This document shows, piece by piece, positions 9,697-19,501 of a DNA stretch of 64,000 nucleotides. The stretch lies in assembly GCA_903847585.1 (NCBI GenBank), contig CAINEC010000162.1, positions 33,427-97,426 of the forward strand, written 5' to 3'. The translations under genes were made by a program, and so were the position numbers. Under the pieces are notes generated by a model. It was not told the DNA's origin, made no database searches, and saw only the letters and a program-made list of their open reading frames with translations. Position 1 is the stretch's first letter, and each line of letters starts with the position of its first letter. The stretch comes from an uncultured Bacteroidota bacterium (GTDB lineage Bacteria > Bacteroidota > Bacteroidia > AKYH767-A > OLB10).

Positions 9697-12600
9697 ATGG
9701 CATTATTTCAAGAGGCGATTATAAAAAAGCATTTGAGCTTAATTGATGAAAAAATCATTGATGCAGCTTTTAGTGAATATAAGCGCGTTTACTCGCCCGA
9801 CAAAATAAAAAATATCAGAGTTGCCAAGGAAGAGCAATACCAGGAAGGATTTATTAAAGATGTATTTGGATCTGTGTTGGGATACTCTGTTTATCCAGAG
9901 CATCCGTATAATATCGAAACAGAGAAGAAGAATGAATCAGATGCTAAAAAAGCCGATGGTGCTATATTAAAGGATGAAAAAGTAGTTGGGGTTATTGAGT
10001 TAAAAGATAATAAAACTAAAAATCTTGATGCCGTAAAGGATCAGGCCTTTGGGTATAAGCACAATCATAAAGAATGTAGTTATGTCATCTCTTCTAATTT
10101 TCATAAGCTGCGTTTTTATATTGATGATGCCACCGATTACGAAGAGTTTGATTTATACAATTTAGACAAAGAAACCTTTAAGCGTTTTTACCTCTATCTG
10201 CGCAAAGAAGGTTTATTAGATAAGAACTTACCTAAGCTTCTTCGACAAGAAACGAAGTTTCACGAAGAAGAGATTTCTAAAAAGCTTTATAAGGATTACT
10301 CTAATTTCAAACGAAGCTTTTACGAGAATGCGGTAAAGAATAATCCGCAGCACGATAAACTTATCTTATTTAAGAAAAGTCAGAAGTTTTTAGACCGAAT
10401 TTTATTTTTATTGTTTGCAGAAGATAAAGGTTTAGTTGGAACTAATTCAATTGTGAACATAGTAGATAAATGGGCGGAAGCCGATGATGATTATTACCAA
10501 CCACTCTACGAAATGGTGAACAAATATTTTGGTCACTTGTATCGAGGATATACTTATCAGAAAACAGGTGAGGTGATACCTCAGTTTGGTGGTGAATTGT
10601 TTGCGCCGGATGATGTTTTAGAAACCCTCAAAATTGATGATGAGATTTTGAAGAATGATTTATTGGTGCTTTCTAAATACGATTTTAATACAGATGTAGA
10701 TGTAAATATCCTGGGACATATTTTTGAACATTCCTTGAATGAAATTGATGATGTAGAGGCGGAGCTACGTGGGGAACAGTTAGACAAAACTAAAAGTAAG
10801 CGTAAGAAAGACGGGGTGTTTTACACTCCTAAATACATCACTAAATACATTGTTGATAATACCCTTGGTAAATTATGTGCTGAGAAAAAAGCGGAGTTAC
10901 AATTAGACCAGGACATTGCCATATTTGAATATCAGAAAGCAGATGGCAAGCTGAATGAAAAAGGAAGAGAATTATTTGAACGATTAAATAATTATAAAGA
11001 CTGGTTGCTGACTATTAAAGTATGTGATCCCGCATGTGGAAGTGGAGCCTTCTTAAACCAGGCACTTTCTTTTTTTATTGAAGAACATAAGTTGGTGGAT
11101 GATATTATAGCAGAACTAACCAATACGCCTTTACGTTTATTTGATACCGACTTGCAAATTTTAGAGAACAATATTTTTGGTGTTGACATTAACGAAGAAA
11201 GTATTGAGATTGCTAAACTCTCCTTATGGTTACGCACGGCACAGCCAGGTAGAAAACTTTCTGATTTATCCAATAACATTAAATGTGGGAACTCATTAAT
11301 TGATGATCCTGCAATAGCTGGCGACAAAGCATTTAATTGGGAAAAAGAGTTTCCGATTGTTTTTAATAAAGGTGGGTTTGATGTGGTGATTGGAAATCCG
11401 CCGTATGTGAGAAAGCAAGGCTTAATGGAACATTATCCAGAAATGTGCACTTATTACGAAAAGACTTTTAAAGCAGCCACAGCTAATTATGATGTGTACG
11501 CAATTTTCATGGAAAGGAGCTTCAACTTAATTAATGAAAAAGGTGTAGTTTCTTTTATTCTTCCACATAAATTTTTAGTTACAGATTTTGGTGTTGGCAT
11601 TCGTTCGTTTTTTAAAGAAAATACTTGTGTGGAATCATTAATTCATTTTGGCTCCCATTTAGTTTTTAATGATGCATCTACCTATACTTGTATTATTAAT
11701 CTGACAAAAACAAATAAGCAAAAGGTGTTATTTAAAAAATTAATTCCAGAAGAATTATTGACACAATTTGATTGGGATTATATGTACTATAAAAATCTTA
11801 CATCAAACAATTGGGATTTGCAAAGTGAGAAAGTTTTTGATGTCATATCAAAACTAAATACACAACCTTATAAAGTTGAAGATGTTTTTGATAAGATTTT
11901 TCAAGGAATAGCCACCAGCTTGGATGAGGTTTATGTTTTTCAAGGAAAAAAGGAGGGTAATATTATTAAAGGATATAACTCTAAATATGATTATCATTTT
12001 GAAATAGAGTCTGGACTTGTGAAGCCATTTATTAAAGGTAATCAACTATCCAGAAATTGTAATCCTCAAATAACTAATTATGTTGTTTTTCCATACATTA
12101 TTGAATCTGATTCACCACTTTCAATGAATGAAAGCTTTATTAAAAGTAATTTCCCTTTAGGTTATTCATATTTGAAATATTTTGAAACTCAAATAAGAGG
12201 ACGTGAAAACGGCAAAATGGATAGAGAGGATGATTGGTTTCTCTATATATATCCTAAGAATTTAACCAAGTTCCAACATCCTAAAATTATGACTCAAGAA
12301 ATTTCTTTGGGTTGTAATATGACTTACGATAAGGATGGGGTATATTATCATCCAACAACAATTTATTCATTTGTAAAAAATGAGAAATTTAAAATAGATG
12401 ATAAATTTTATCTTGGAGTACTTAATTCCAAAGTAATGTGGTTCTTTTTGAAGAATACAGGTACTGAATTAGGGGGTGGTTATTTCAGATTCAAAACAAA
12501 TTATCTCAAACCGTTTCCCTTACCAGCAATTCCCCAAAATGCTGATGAAATTATATTCAAAGTTCAATTTGCATTAGAAATAAATAAAGAATCTCAATCA

Positions 12601-12912
12601 ATTGAATCGCGATTTACCAACTACTTCGTAAATCAACATAATATTTCAAAACTTACAGGCAAACTCGAAAGTTGGTATGAACTCTCTTTCACCGAATTCA
12701 TCAATGAACTCAACAAAGCCATCAAAGCAAATAAGGGCACAGCATTAACCAAGAAAGATGAATTTGAGTGGATGGAATTGTTCGAGGAGAACAAGAAAAA
12801 AGTACTAGAACTCAAAGCTCAAATAGACCAAACCGACCGAGAGATTGATCGTATGGTGTATGAGCTGTATGAATTAACGGAAGAGGAGATACAGATTGTA
12901 GAGAATAGTTGA
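9697..12912 (+). CDS. Type IIG restriction-modification enzyme (Eco57I/TaqI-C-like; fused nuclease, N6-adenine MTase and TRD)
   Basis: N-terminal nuclease motif KKADGAI...VIELKD, GVFYTP, motif I DPACGSGAFL, motif IV GNPPY, C-terminal LGVLNS...GGYFRFK..YL..FPLP. Confidence 0.9.
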   Translation: MALFQEAIIKKHLSLIDEKIIDAAFSEYKRVYSPDKIKNIRVAKEEQYQEGFIKDVFGSVLGYSVYPEHPYNIETEKKNESDAKKADGAILKDEKVVGVIELKDNKTKNLDAVKDQAFGYKHNHKECSYVISSNFHKLRFYIDDATDYEEFDLYNLDKETFKRFYLYLRKEGLLDKNLPKLLRQETKFHEEEISKKLYKDYSNFKRSFYENAVKNNPQHDKLILFKKSQKFLDRILFLLFAEDKGLVGTNSIVNIVDKWAEADDDYYQPLYEMVNKYFGHLYRGYTYQKTGEVIPQFGGELFAPDDVLETLKIDDEILKNDLLVLSKYDFNTDVDVNILGHIFEHSLNEIDDVEAELRGEQLDKTKSKRKKDGVFYTPKYITKYIVDNTLGKLCAEKKAELQLDQDIAIFEYQKADGKLNEKGRELFERLNNYKDWLLTIKVCDPACGSGAFLNQALSFFIEEHKLVDDIIAELTNTPLRLFDTDLQILENNIFGVDINEESIEIAKLSLWLRTAQPGRKLSDLSNNIKCGNSLIDDPAIAGDKAFNWEKEFPIVFNKGGFDVVIGNPPYVRKQGLMEHYPEMCTYYEKTFKAATANYDVYAIFMERSFNLINEKGVVSFILPHKFLVTDFGVGIRSFFKENTCVESLIHFGSHLVFNDASTYTCIINLTKTNKQKVLFKKLIPEELLTQFDWDYMYYKNLTSNNWDLQSEKVFDVISKLNTQPYKVEDVFDKIFQGIATSLDEVYVFQGKKEGNIIKGYNSKYDYHFEIESGLVKPFIKGNQLSRNCNPQITNYVVFPYIIESDSPLSMNESFIKSNFPLGYSYLKYFETQIRGRENGKMDREDDWFLYIYPKNLTKFQHPKIMTQEISLGCNMTYDKDGVYYHPTTIYSFVKNEKFKIDDKFYLGVLNSKVMWFFLKNTGTELGGGYFRFKTNYLKPFPLPAIPQNADEIIFKVQFALEINKESQSIESRFTNYFVNQHNISKLTGKLESWYELSFTEFINELNKAIKANKGTALTKKDEFEWMELFEENKKKVLELKAQIDQTDREIDRMVYELYELTEEEIQIVENS

Positions 12913-12999
12913 TAGAATATTTGCTCTTAAAATAGTTTCTTTTTACTTACAATTATTAGAAAACATATTAGACTTAATTAATTTGAAAAATTAACTGCC

Positions 13000-13365
13000 A
13001 TGTATCATAAAGAACATTATACGAGTGGTGAATTAAAATGTGAAGGAGAATTATTAGAACTTATTGATTGTACAAGTAGAGGTAGTGGTCGTCAAATCGA
13101 AATTGATGATCACAAATTCTGTGTGGAATGTGTATTGGGTTCAAAATTTAGAAAAAAAGGAGAATGGAAGTACTATAATAAAAATGGGCAGTTAATTGCT
13201 ATTGGTGAATATGTGGTATTAGATTATTGGTTTGTCCCAAGTGAAAAAAATGGAATTTGGTCGACCTTTCGTGAAGATGGTAACTTACTCCAACAAACCG
13301 TATATGATCAAGGTAAAATAATTGAGGTTTCTATTTTTGATGATGATAATATTAAAATCGACTGA
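13000..13365 (+). CDS. hypothetical protein with MORN-like repeats (YwqK-like)
   Basis: Repeats KKGEWKYYNKNGQLIAIGEY and KNGIWSTFREDGNLLQQTVYDQGK. Confidence 0.6.
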   Translation: MYHKEHYTSGELKCEGELLELIDCTSRGSGRQIEIDDHKFCVECVLGSKFRKKGEWKYYNKNGQLIAIGEYVVLDYWFVPSEKNGIWSTFREDGNLLQQTVYDQGKIIEVSIFDDDNIKID

Positions 13366-13399
13366 GCCAACTAAAAAACTCCAATAAATCGAGTTTCTT

Positions 13400-14104
13400 T
13401 CACTTACACATCTGATGTGTATTCAGTCTTTCATCCTTGCAACAATCACCATCGCCACTTTTCATGGTACTGCCTCGATGAATTAAAAACAAAGCTAAGG
13501 CTATTGCAATAAACGGAGATAGTTTGTTGATGGATAATTTTACTTTAGGACTAAAAATATTTTGAGATACTGCCACTAGGTACATCAATGGTAGGGTGCC
13601 TAATCCAAACAATAACATATAGAGCGCGGCATTGGTTATACCTCCATAGCTGATTGCACCTGCCATGGCTAAGTAAACAAATCCACAAGGTAATATTCCG
13701 TTTGCTAGTCCTACAACATACATTGCAGTAAATGATTTCTTCTTGATGTAATTTCCGATAACTGATTTTATCTTAAAAGACATTTTTACTAAACGTCCAT
13801 TGACTTTACTCAATAGTTTATCGTTTAAAAACAATACAACCAGGATGATTAATATTCCAGAGAAAATACTCAAATCACTTTGCAATCCTTTTAATTGAAA
13901 ACTAATTCCAATTAATCCTGCTATCACACCCAACAGCATATACATCGTAACACGACCGAGTTGGTACATCAAGCGACCAAGATAAAAATGTCTTGCATCA
14001 CCATCAACAACAGGTAATGATAACGCAATTGGTCCGCACATACCAAGGCAATGAAAACTCCCTAAAAATCCGAGCGACAACGCGCTGATCAGATAATAAT
14101 TCAT
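13400..14104 (-). CDS. DsbD_2/TauE-like membrane protein of the cbb3 assembly cluster
   Basis: GSFHCLGMCGPI, NGILPCGFVY and FGLGTLP motifs. Last gene of the cco cluster. Confidence 0.88.
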   Translation of the reverse strand: MNYYLISALSLGFLGSFHCLGMCGPIALSLPVVDGDARHFYLGRLMYQLGRVTMYMLLGVIAGLIGISFQLKGLQSDLSIFSGILIILVVLFLNDKLLSKVNGRLVKMSFKIKSVIGNYIKKKSFTAMYVVGLANGILPCGFVYLAMAGAISYGGITNAALYMLLFGLGTLPLMYLVAVSQNIFSPKVKLSINKLSPFIAIALALFLIHRGSTMKSGDGDCCKDERLNTHQMCK

Positions 14105-14105
14105 T

Positions 14106-14537
14106 TTACTGCATCATCAATTTTTCTTCTTGCAAATATTCTTTTCCATCACAACTCCATGCAATGGTCAATCGCCAGTAGCCTCCCGATAATTTATCCG
14201 ACTGAACCAGCATTTTACCGTTATCGTTTTTGATGTTCATTGTAAAATCCTTTTGCTTATCATTAGGACGATAAAATGTCAATGTGCCTTTTATGGCACG
14301 ATTAGCAAATTCAGAAGGAAAAGATAACTCAAGTGATTTGTCATTAACAGAATTACATACTACAGTTGCGGTAGCGGCATTCTGCATTTTATTATAACGG
14401 TCCTGATATTTTACTTCCTGATCGTAATAATTATCAGCAACTAATTCTGTGTTTTGTTGCGTGCATTTGTAAACCAATGTCAACATACCAACAACAAACA
14501 ACACATAAACAAACATTATTTTATATCCCCAATTCAT
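14106..14537 (-). CDS. ccoH: FixH/CcoH family protein
   Basis: MNWG.KI...TM helix, ELVADNYYDQE, G.LTFYRP.D. Follows ccoG. Confidence 0.85.
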   Translation of the reverse strand: MNWGYKIMFVYVLFVVGMLTLVYKCTQQNTELVADNYYDQEVKYQDRYNKMQNAATATVVCNSVNDKSLELSFPSEFANRAIKGTLTFYRPNDKQKDFTMNIKNDNGKMLVQSDKLSGGYWRLTIAWSCDGKEYLQEEKLMMQ

Positions 14538-14539
14538 AG

Positions 14540-15952
14540 CTATTTTATTTTTACAGGACCAATGAAATTAGTCTTGATCGTTTCAATTAATTTGTTGCCA
14601 GATTTTACTTCTAATACAATAGGCAGTCTTGCATCTACAATTTGATTTTGATTAATCATCACAAAGAATTCTCCATCAGCGCTACCTTGACCGTCTAATT
14701 TTGTAATCCCATCGCCAACCCATTTCACCGAGCCTGATGGTTGCACCAATTTAATTTCAACGGGCATCTGATCGAATGTTTTGTTAATCAGATTCACGGT
14801 ATATAAATTCGAATAGATGCTATCATTTTGTTGTTGGTAGATCATACCAGGAGTACGCAGTATAGTAGATTCCACATCGGAACGCATAATTAAAAGTGAC
14901 AATAGGGTAGTTAGCAAAACGAAGAGCACAAATGAATACGCTTTTATTCTTCCTGTTATTTGAAATTTCGTCCCTTCAGCAATAGAATTTTCACTTGTAT
15001 AACGAATTAGACCTTGTGGCTTTTTGATTTTATCCATGATGCCATCACAAGCATCAATACAAGCAGTACAATTTACACATTCGAGCTGCGTACCATTACG
15101 GATATCGATACCGGTAGGACAAACATTCACACATTGATGACAATCGATGCAATCACCAAATTTAGATTCAGCAGTCTTTTGCAATTTACCTCTTGGCTCT
15201 CCGCGTTTATAATCGTACGCAATAACCACCGAATTTTTATCAAGCAAAACACCTTGTAATCTTCCATAAGGACAAACAATTAAACAAGCCTGCTCGCGAA
15301 AACGCATATACACAGCAAAGAAGACGAATGTAAAAACGAGAATCGCTATTAATCCACCAACGTGATTGAATGGATCATCCAAAACAATTTGTTTTAATTC
15401 ATCGATGCCAATGATGTAAGCAAGAAATGTATTTGCAATGATAAATGAAATCAGAAAAAAGATACTTCCTTTTAAAATTCGCTTTCTGAATTTTTCGGGA
15501 GATGGAGGAGCATTCTTCAATGCCTTTTGTTGCGCTGCATCACCTTCAATCCAGTATTCAATTTTACGAAAGACCATTTCCATAAAAATGGTTTGCGGAC
15601 AAGCCCAACCACACCATAGTCGACCAAACAACGCTGTAAATACAATAATAAAAACAACGAACGTAAGCATCGCCAACACGAACAAGTAAAAGTCCTGTGG
15701 CCAAAATGCAATTCCGAATAAAATAAATTTTCGCTCAACAACATTTAATAACATGAATGGGTGTCCGTTTAATTTAATAAACGGACCCACAAACATGACT
15801 GCTAATAAGAAATAACTAAATAATGTCCTTTTATTATAAAAGCGACCTTTGGGTTTCTTCGGAAAAATCCAATTACGGTTACCGTCTTTAGAAATAGTTG
15901 AAATACTATCTCTAAAACTATCGGCTTCGTCGTAAATAGCGGGATCCATCAT
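14540..15952 (-). CDS. ccoG: cytochrome c oxidase accessory protein CcoG
   Basis: GRLWCGWACPQT, CLIVCPYGRLQ, CIDCHQCVNVCPTGIDIR and CVNCTACIDAC. Confidence 0.96.
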   Translation of the reverse strand: MMDPAIYDEADSFRDSISTISKDGNRNWIFPKKPKGRFYNKRTLFSYFLLAVMFVGPFIKLNGHPFMLLNVVERKFILFGIAFWPQDFYLFVLAMLTFVVFIIVFTALFGRLWCGWACPQTIFMEMVFRKIEYWIEGDAAQQKALKNAPPSPEKFRKRILKGSIFFLISFIIANTFLAYIIGIDELKQIVLDDPFNHVGGLIAILVFTFVFFAVYMRFREQACLIVCPYGRLQGVLLDKNSVVIAYDYKRGEPRGKLQKTAESKFGDCIDCHQCVNVCPTGIDIRNGTQLECVNCTACIDACDGIMDKIKKPQGLIRYTSENSIAEGTKFQITGRIKAYSFVLFVLLTTLLSLLIMRSDVESTILRTPGMIYQQQNDSIYSNLYTVNLINKTFDQMPVEIKLVQPSGSVKWVGDGITKLDGQGSADGEFFVMINQNQIVDARLPIVLEVKSGNKLIETIKTNFIGPVKIK

Positions 15953-15960
15953 TATAATTA

Positions 15961-16926
15961 TTAGTTAGCTGTAGTAGTAACTGTAGTTGCTGTTGAGTCA
16001 GTAGCAGTAGGAGCAGAGTCATCTACCCAAACATCACCTTGCGCTGGTTTTGGATTAGCAGGATTCGAATTCTGCATTGACAAAATATAACTTGAAACAG
16101 CTTGAATATTCTTAGGTGTTAATTGCGTTTTCCAGCTGATCATTCCTTTTAAAGGAACGCCATTCGTGATTGTTCTAAAAACATTTTTTATTCCACCACC
16201 ATGAATCCAATTAGGGTCCGTTAAATTGGGTCCTATGTTACCTTCCAAATTTTGACCGTGACAAGAAGTACAGTTTTTATTAAAAATTTCTTTTCCTTCA
16301 CTTAAAACAGTAGCATCTGCAATGAACTTAACATTTTCAGCAGTAACCATGTCCGCCATTTTTTCATTTCTAATTCGTTGAGCTTCATCAGCAGCTTGAA
16401 CAGAAGCAATGTACTCCTGATCTTGACTATAACCTGTTTTGAAAACATGGAAATGAAACACATAAATTACAGCCCATATAATGGTGAAGTAAAAACCCCA
16501 TTTCCACCAAGGAGGTAAATTATTATCTAACTCACGAATGCCATCATAGTCATGATGAAGCATGATGTCCTCTTCCTTTTCAACGGGTACTGCTTGCGTT
16601 AAAACGTTACGATCAAAGCGAGACCAAAACGATTCTGTCTGAACAAGCTTTACCGTTTCTGATTTTAACTGCTGCTCTTTTTGAGGAGCCATTCCTCTTG
16701 CAATAACTAGTAACGTTCTTGCCATAACGAAAATGGCAATCAAGAGAATCAGAATAAAAATAGCCAGGTAATAAAAAGAAGGTTGGTAGAATAGTGGATC
16801 AACGGTTTTAAAGTATTGTCCACTGTTCGCTACTGTTGTACTATCTGTTATCGCTTGTGCATGCACTGTTGTATTCATAAACATCAGGCCTGCAATAAAT
16901 CCTATAGAGATGATATGTTTTTTCAT
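15961..16926 (-). CDS. ccoP: cbb3-type cytochrome c oxidase subunit CcoP
   Basis: HDYDGIRELDNNLPPWW, a single CTSCH haem motif, GPNLTD. Start probably MKKHII at 16926. Confidence 0.93.
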   Translation of the reverse strand: MKKHIISIGFIAGLMFMNTTVHAQAITDSTTVANSGQYFKTVDPLFYQPSFYYLAIFILILLIAIFVMARTLLVIARGMAPQKEQQLKSETVKLVQTESFWSRFDRNVLTQAVPVEKEEDIMLHHDYDGIRELDNNLPPWWKWGFYFTIIWAVIYVFHFHVFKTGYSQDQEYIASVQAADEAQRIRNEKMADMVTAENVKFIADATVLSEGKEIFNKNCTSCHGQNLEGNIGPNLTDPNWIHGGGIKNVFRTITNGVPLKGMISWKTQLTPKNIQAVSSYILSMQNSNPANPKPAQGDVWVDDSAPTATDSTATTVTTTAN

Positions 16927-16936
16927 GATAATCAAT

Positions 16937-17113
16937 TTATGCGTTATTGGTTTCGTCGTTGCTTAATGGCAACCTGCTTATTTCATTTAACTCTTCTTTG
17001 TTTGCCTTTACCACATAAACAATCAAGGCAGTAAAGAATACGAAGAATACCAGCAGAGAGAACATAGGATAAATACCTACGTCAGTAATTTGTTCTAAAT
17101 ATTGTTTAAACAT
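16937..17113 (-). CDS. ccoQ: cbb3-type oxidase subunit CcoQ (58 aa; not in ORF track)
   Basis: Manual translation MFKQYLEQITDVGIYPMFSLLVFFVFFTALIVYVVKANKEELNEISRLPLSNDETNNA*. One TM helix plus LPL, located between ccoNO and ccoP. Confidence 0.9.
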   Translation of the reverse strand: MFKQYLEQITDVGIYPMFSLLVFFVFFTALIVYVVKANKEELNEISRLPLSNDETNNA

Positions 17114-17121
17114 ATGCTTGC

Positions 17122-19254
17122 TTATTTTGTAGTTGAATTATCAGAAACTTTATTTGCTTTAATGTCGACACCTAATCGTTGTAAGTAGGCAATCATTGCT
17201 ACTAACTCTTTATTTGCATCGATAGGAGCACCACTCTTATTTAAGTCAGCAGCAATTTCATTTGCTTGCTTCATCAAATCAGCATTGGCTTGTTGATCAT
17301 ACCCTTTTGTGTAAGGAACACCTAACGTAATCATTGCTCTGATTTTTGCTGGAGTAGAAGCAGTATCTAAATTATTTTCTGCAAGAAAAGCATACGGAGG
17401 CATGATAGAACCTGGCGACATAGTTCGAGGATCAATCATATGATGATAATGCCATACGTTTTGATATTTTCCTCCTACACGTAATAAATCTGGACCTGTT
17501 CGCTTAGAACCCCATTGGAAAGGATGATCATACACAAACTCTCCAGCTTTAGCATATTCACCATAACGTTCTGTTTCGTGACGGAACGGACGCACCATTT
17601 GCGAGTGACAAGTGTAACAACCTTCACGGATATAAATATCACGACCTTGTAATTCAAGTGGAGTATAAGGCTTCACAGATGCAATCGTTGGAATATTTTC
17701 TTTAATCATGAATGTTGGAATCATCTCCACTAATCCACCAATTAAAATCAACACCGTTGCAAACAACATCATCTGAATTGGTCTTCTTTCAATCCAACGA
17801 TGCCAGTGACCACCTTCATGAACAGGAACGGCTTCTAATGCTGGAGCTTCTGCTGGTTCATTCGCTAATAAATCGCCCGTCTTCATCGTCATCACTAAAT
17901 TGTAAACCATCGTTAACGCACCTGCTAAATACAATGTACCACCAACAGCACGTAACTTATACATCGGCATTAACTTCGTTACCGTTGCTAAAAAGTTTGG
18001 ATATTTTAATAATCCATCATCTGTAAATTGTTGCCACATCATGTATTGTTCAAACCCTGCCCAATACATCGGAATGGCATAGAATAAAATTCCTAACGTT
18101 GCTAACCAGAAGTGATAGCTTGCTAATTTTTTAGAGTATAACTCGGTTTGATAAATGCGAGGGATTAACCAATATAAAATACCAAACGTTAACATACCAT
18201 TCCATCCTAGTCCACCAATGTGCACGTGAGCGATAGTCCAATCTGTAAAGTGAGAAATTGCATTCACTGATTTCAATGATAACATCGGACCTTCAAATGT
18301 TGCCATACCGTAAGCAGTGATTGCAACAACCATAAACTTCAATACAACACTTTCACGAACACGATCCCATGCACCACGTAATGTCAACAGTCCGTTAATC
18401 ATACCACCCCAGCTCGGAGCAATTAACATGATAGAGAAAACAGTTCCTAATGATTGCGCCCAATCAGGTAATGCAGTATATAATAAGTGATGAGGACCAG
18501 CCCAGATGTAAATAAAAATTAAAGCCCAAAAGTGAATGATTGATAATCGATAAGAATACACCGGACGATTAGCAGCCTTCGGAACGAAATAATACATCAA
18601 ACCTAAATACGGCGTAGTTAAAAAGAAGGCTACTGCATTATGTCCGTACCACCATTGCACTAACGCATCTTGCACACCTGCATATACAGGATAACTCTTT
18701 AAAAGACTTACTGGAATTTCAATACTATTTACAATGTGAAGTACTGCAACAGTAACCACCGTTGCAATATAAAACCAAATGGCAACATATAGATGTCGCT
18801 CGCGACGTTTGATAATAGTACCAAACATATTCACCGCAAATACAACCCAAGTAAGTGTGATCAAGATATCAATCGGCCATTCTAATTCAGCATATTCTTT
18901 ACCTGTAGTATGTCCTGTAATTAATGTTAATGCAGCAAGCACAATAATCGATTGCCACATCCAGAAATGAAGCTTGCCTAACAAGTCACTAAATAATCTC
19001 GCTTTCGTTAAACGTTGAAGGGAATAATACAATCCCATAAAAATTCCATTACCTACAAAGGCAAAAATGATTGCGTTGGTATGTATAGGTCGTACGCGAC
19101 CAAATGTAACATACTCACCTGCGTTTAAACCAGGAAAAGGAATTTGAAGGGCTGCAATTAAACCCACCAACATTCCTACAATTCCCCAGATAATTGTCGC
19201 AATTGCAAAATTCCTAACAATGCGATTGTCGTAGCTATACTTCTCAATTGTCAT
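17122..19254 (-). CDS. ccoN: fused cbb3 oxidase subunits I/II (CcoN-CcoO)
   Basis: CcoN motifs QWWYGHNAVAF, WAGPHHL and AHVH. CcoO motifs EGCYTCHSQMVR and WGSKRTGPDL. Confidence 0.97.
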   Translation of the reverse strand: MTIEKYSYDNRIVRNFAIATIIWGIVGMLVGLIAALQIPFPGLNAGEYVTFGRVRPIHTNAIIFAFVGNGIFMGLYYSLQRLTKARLFSDLLGKLHFWMWQSIIVLAALTLITGHTTGKEYAELEWPIDILITLTWVVFAVNMFGTIIKRRERHLYVAIWFYIATVVTVAVLHIVNSIEIPVSLLKSYPVYAGVQDALVQWWYGHNAVAFFLTTPYLGLMYYFVPKAANRPVYSYRLSIIHFWALIFIYIWAGPHHLLYTALPDWAQSLGTVFSIMLIAPSWGGMINGLLTLRGAWDRVRESVVLKFMVVAITAYGMATFEGPMLSLKSVNAISHFTDWTIAHVHIGGLGWNGMLTFGILYWLIPRIYQTELYSKKLASYHFWLATLGILFYAIPMYWAGFEQYMMWQQFTDDGLLKYPNFLATVTKLMPMYKLRAVGGTLYLAGALTMVYNLVMTMKTGDLLANEPAEAPALEAVPVHEGGHWHRWIERRPIQMMLFATVLILIGGLVEMIPTFMIKENIPTIASVKPYTPLELQGRDIYIREGCYTCHSQMVRPFRHETERYGEYAKAGEFVYDHPFQWGSKRTGPDLLRVGGKYQNVWHYHHMIDPRTMSPGSIMPPYAFLAENNLDTASTPAKIRAMITLGVPYTKGYDQQANADLMKQANEIAADLNKSGAPIDANKELVAMIAYLQRLGVDIKANKVSDNSTTK

Positions 19255-19426
19255 AATGATTGATTTTTGATTTTTCGTTTGATGTTATTTCATTATCCAT
19301 TAATATGCGAACTGCAGGGGAAGTATCATCATCAAATTGCCCTGTTTTTACAGACCAGAAAAATGCAATCAGAAATCCGATAGCAACGGTTAAACTGGCA
19401 ATGATTAAAAGGATGATTACTTTCAT
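19244..19426 (-). CDS. ccoS: cbb3 assembly protein CcoS
   Basis: TM helix followed by FFWSVKTGQFDD..SPAVRIL. Confidence 0.93.
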   Translation of the reverse strand: MKVIILLIIASLTVAIGFLIAFFWSVKTGQFDDDTSPAVRILMDNEITSNEKSKINHYDN

Positions 19427-19434
19427 AACGGGAG

Positions 19435-19499
19435 CAAATCTATTTCGAGAGTGGGATTAATTAAATGACCGCTATTAGGGTGATTTATGATAATTGTCA
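19435..19499 (-). promoter_or_regulatory. tandem FNR-like boxes plus -7 element for ccoS-NOQPGH
   Basis: -7 element TAGATTTG (minus, 19435-19442), 23-nt gap, boxes at 19466-19477 (TGACCGCTATTA) and 19488-19499 (TGATAATTGTCA). Confidence 0.8.
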
Positions 19500-19501
19500 A
19501 C

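Noticed and set aside
16816-17034. Cys-rich 72-aa plus-strand ORF
   Set aside because: Antisense shadow of ccoP and ccoQ.
17122-19254. ccoN-ccoO fusion and mono-haem CcoP as a novelty
   Set aside because: Known arrangement in Bacteroidota cbb3 operons.
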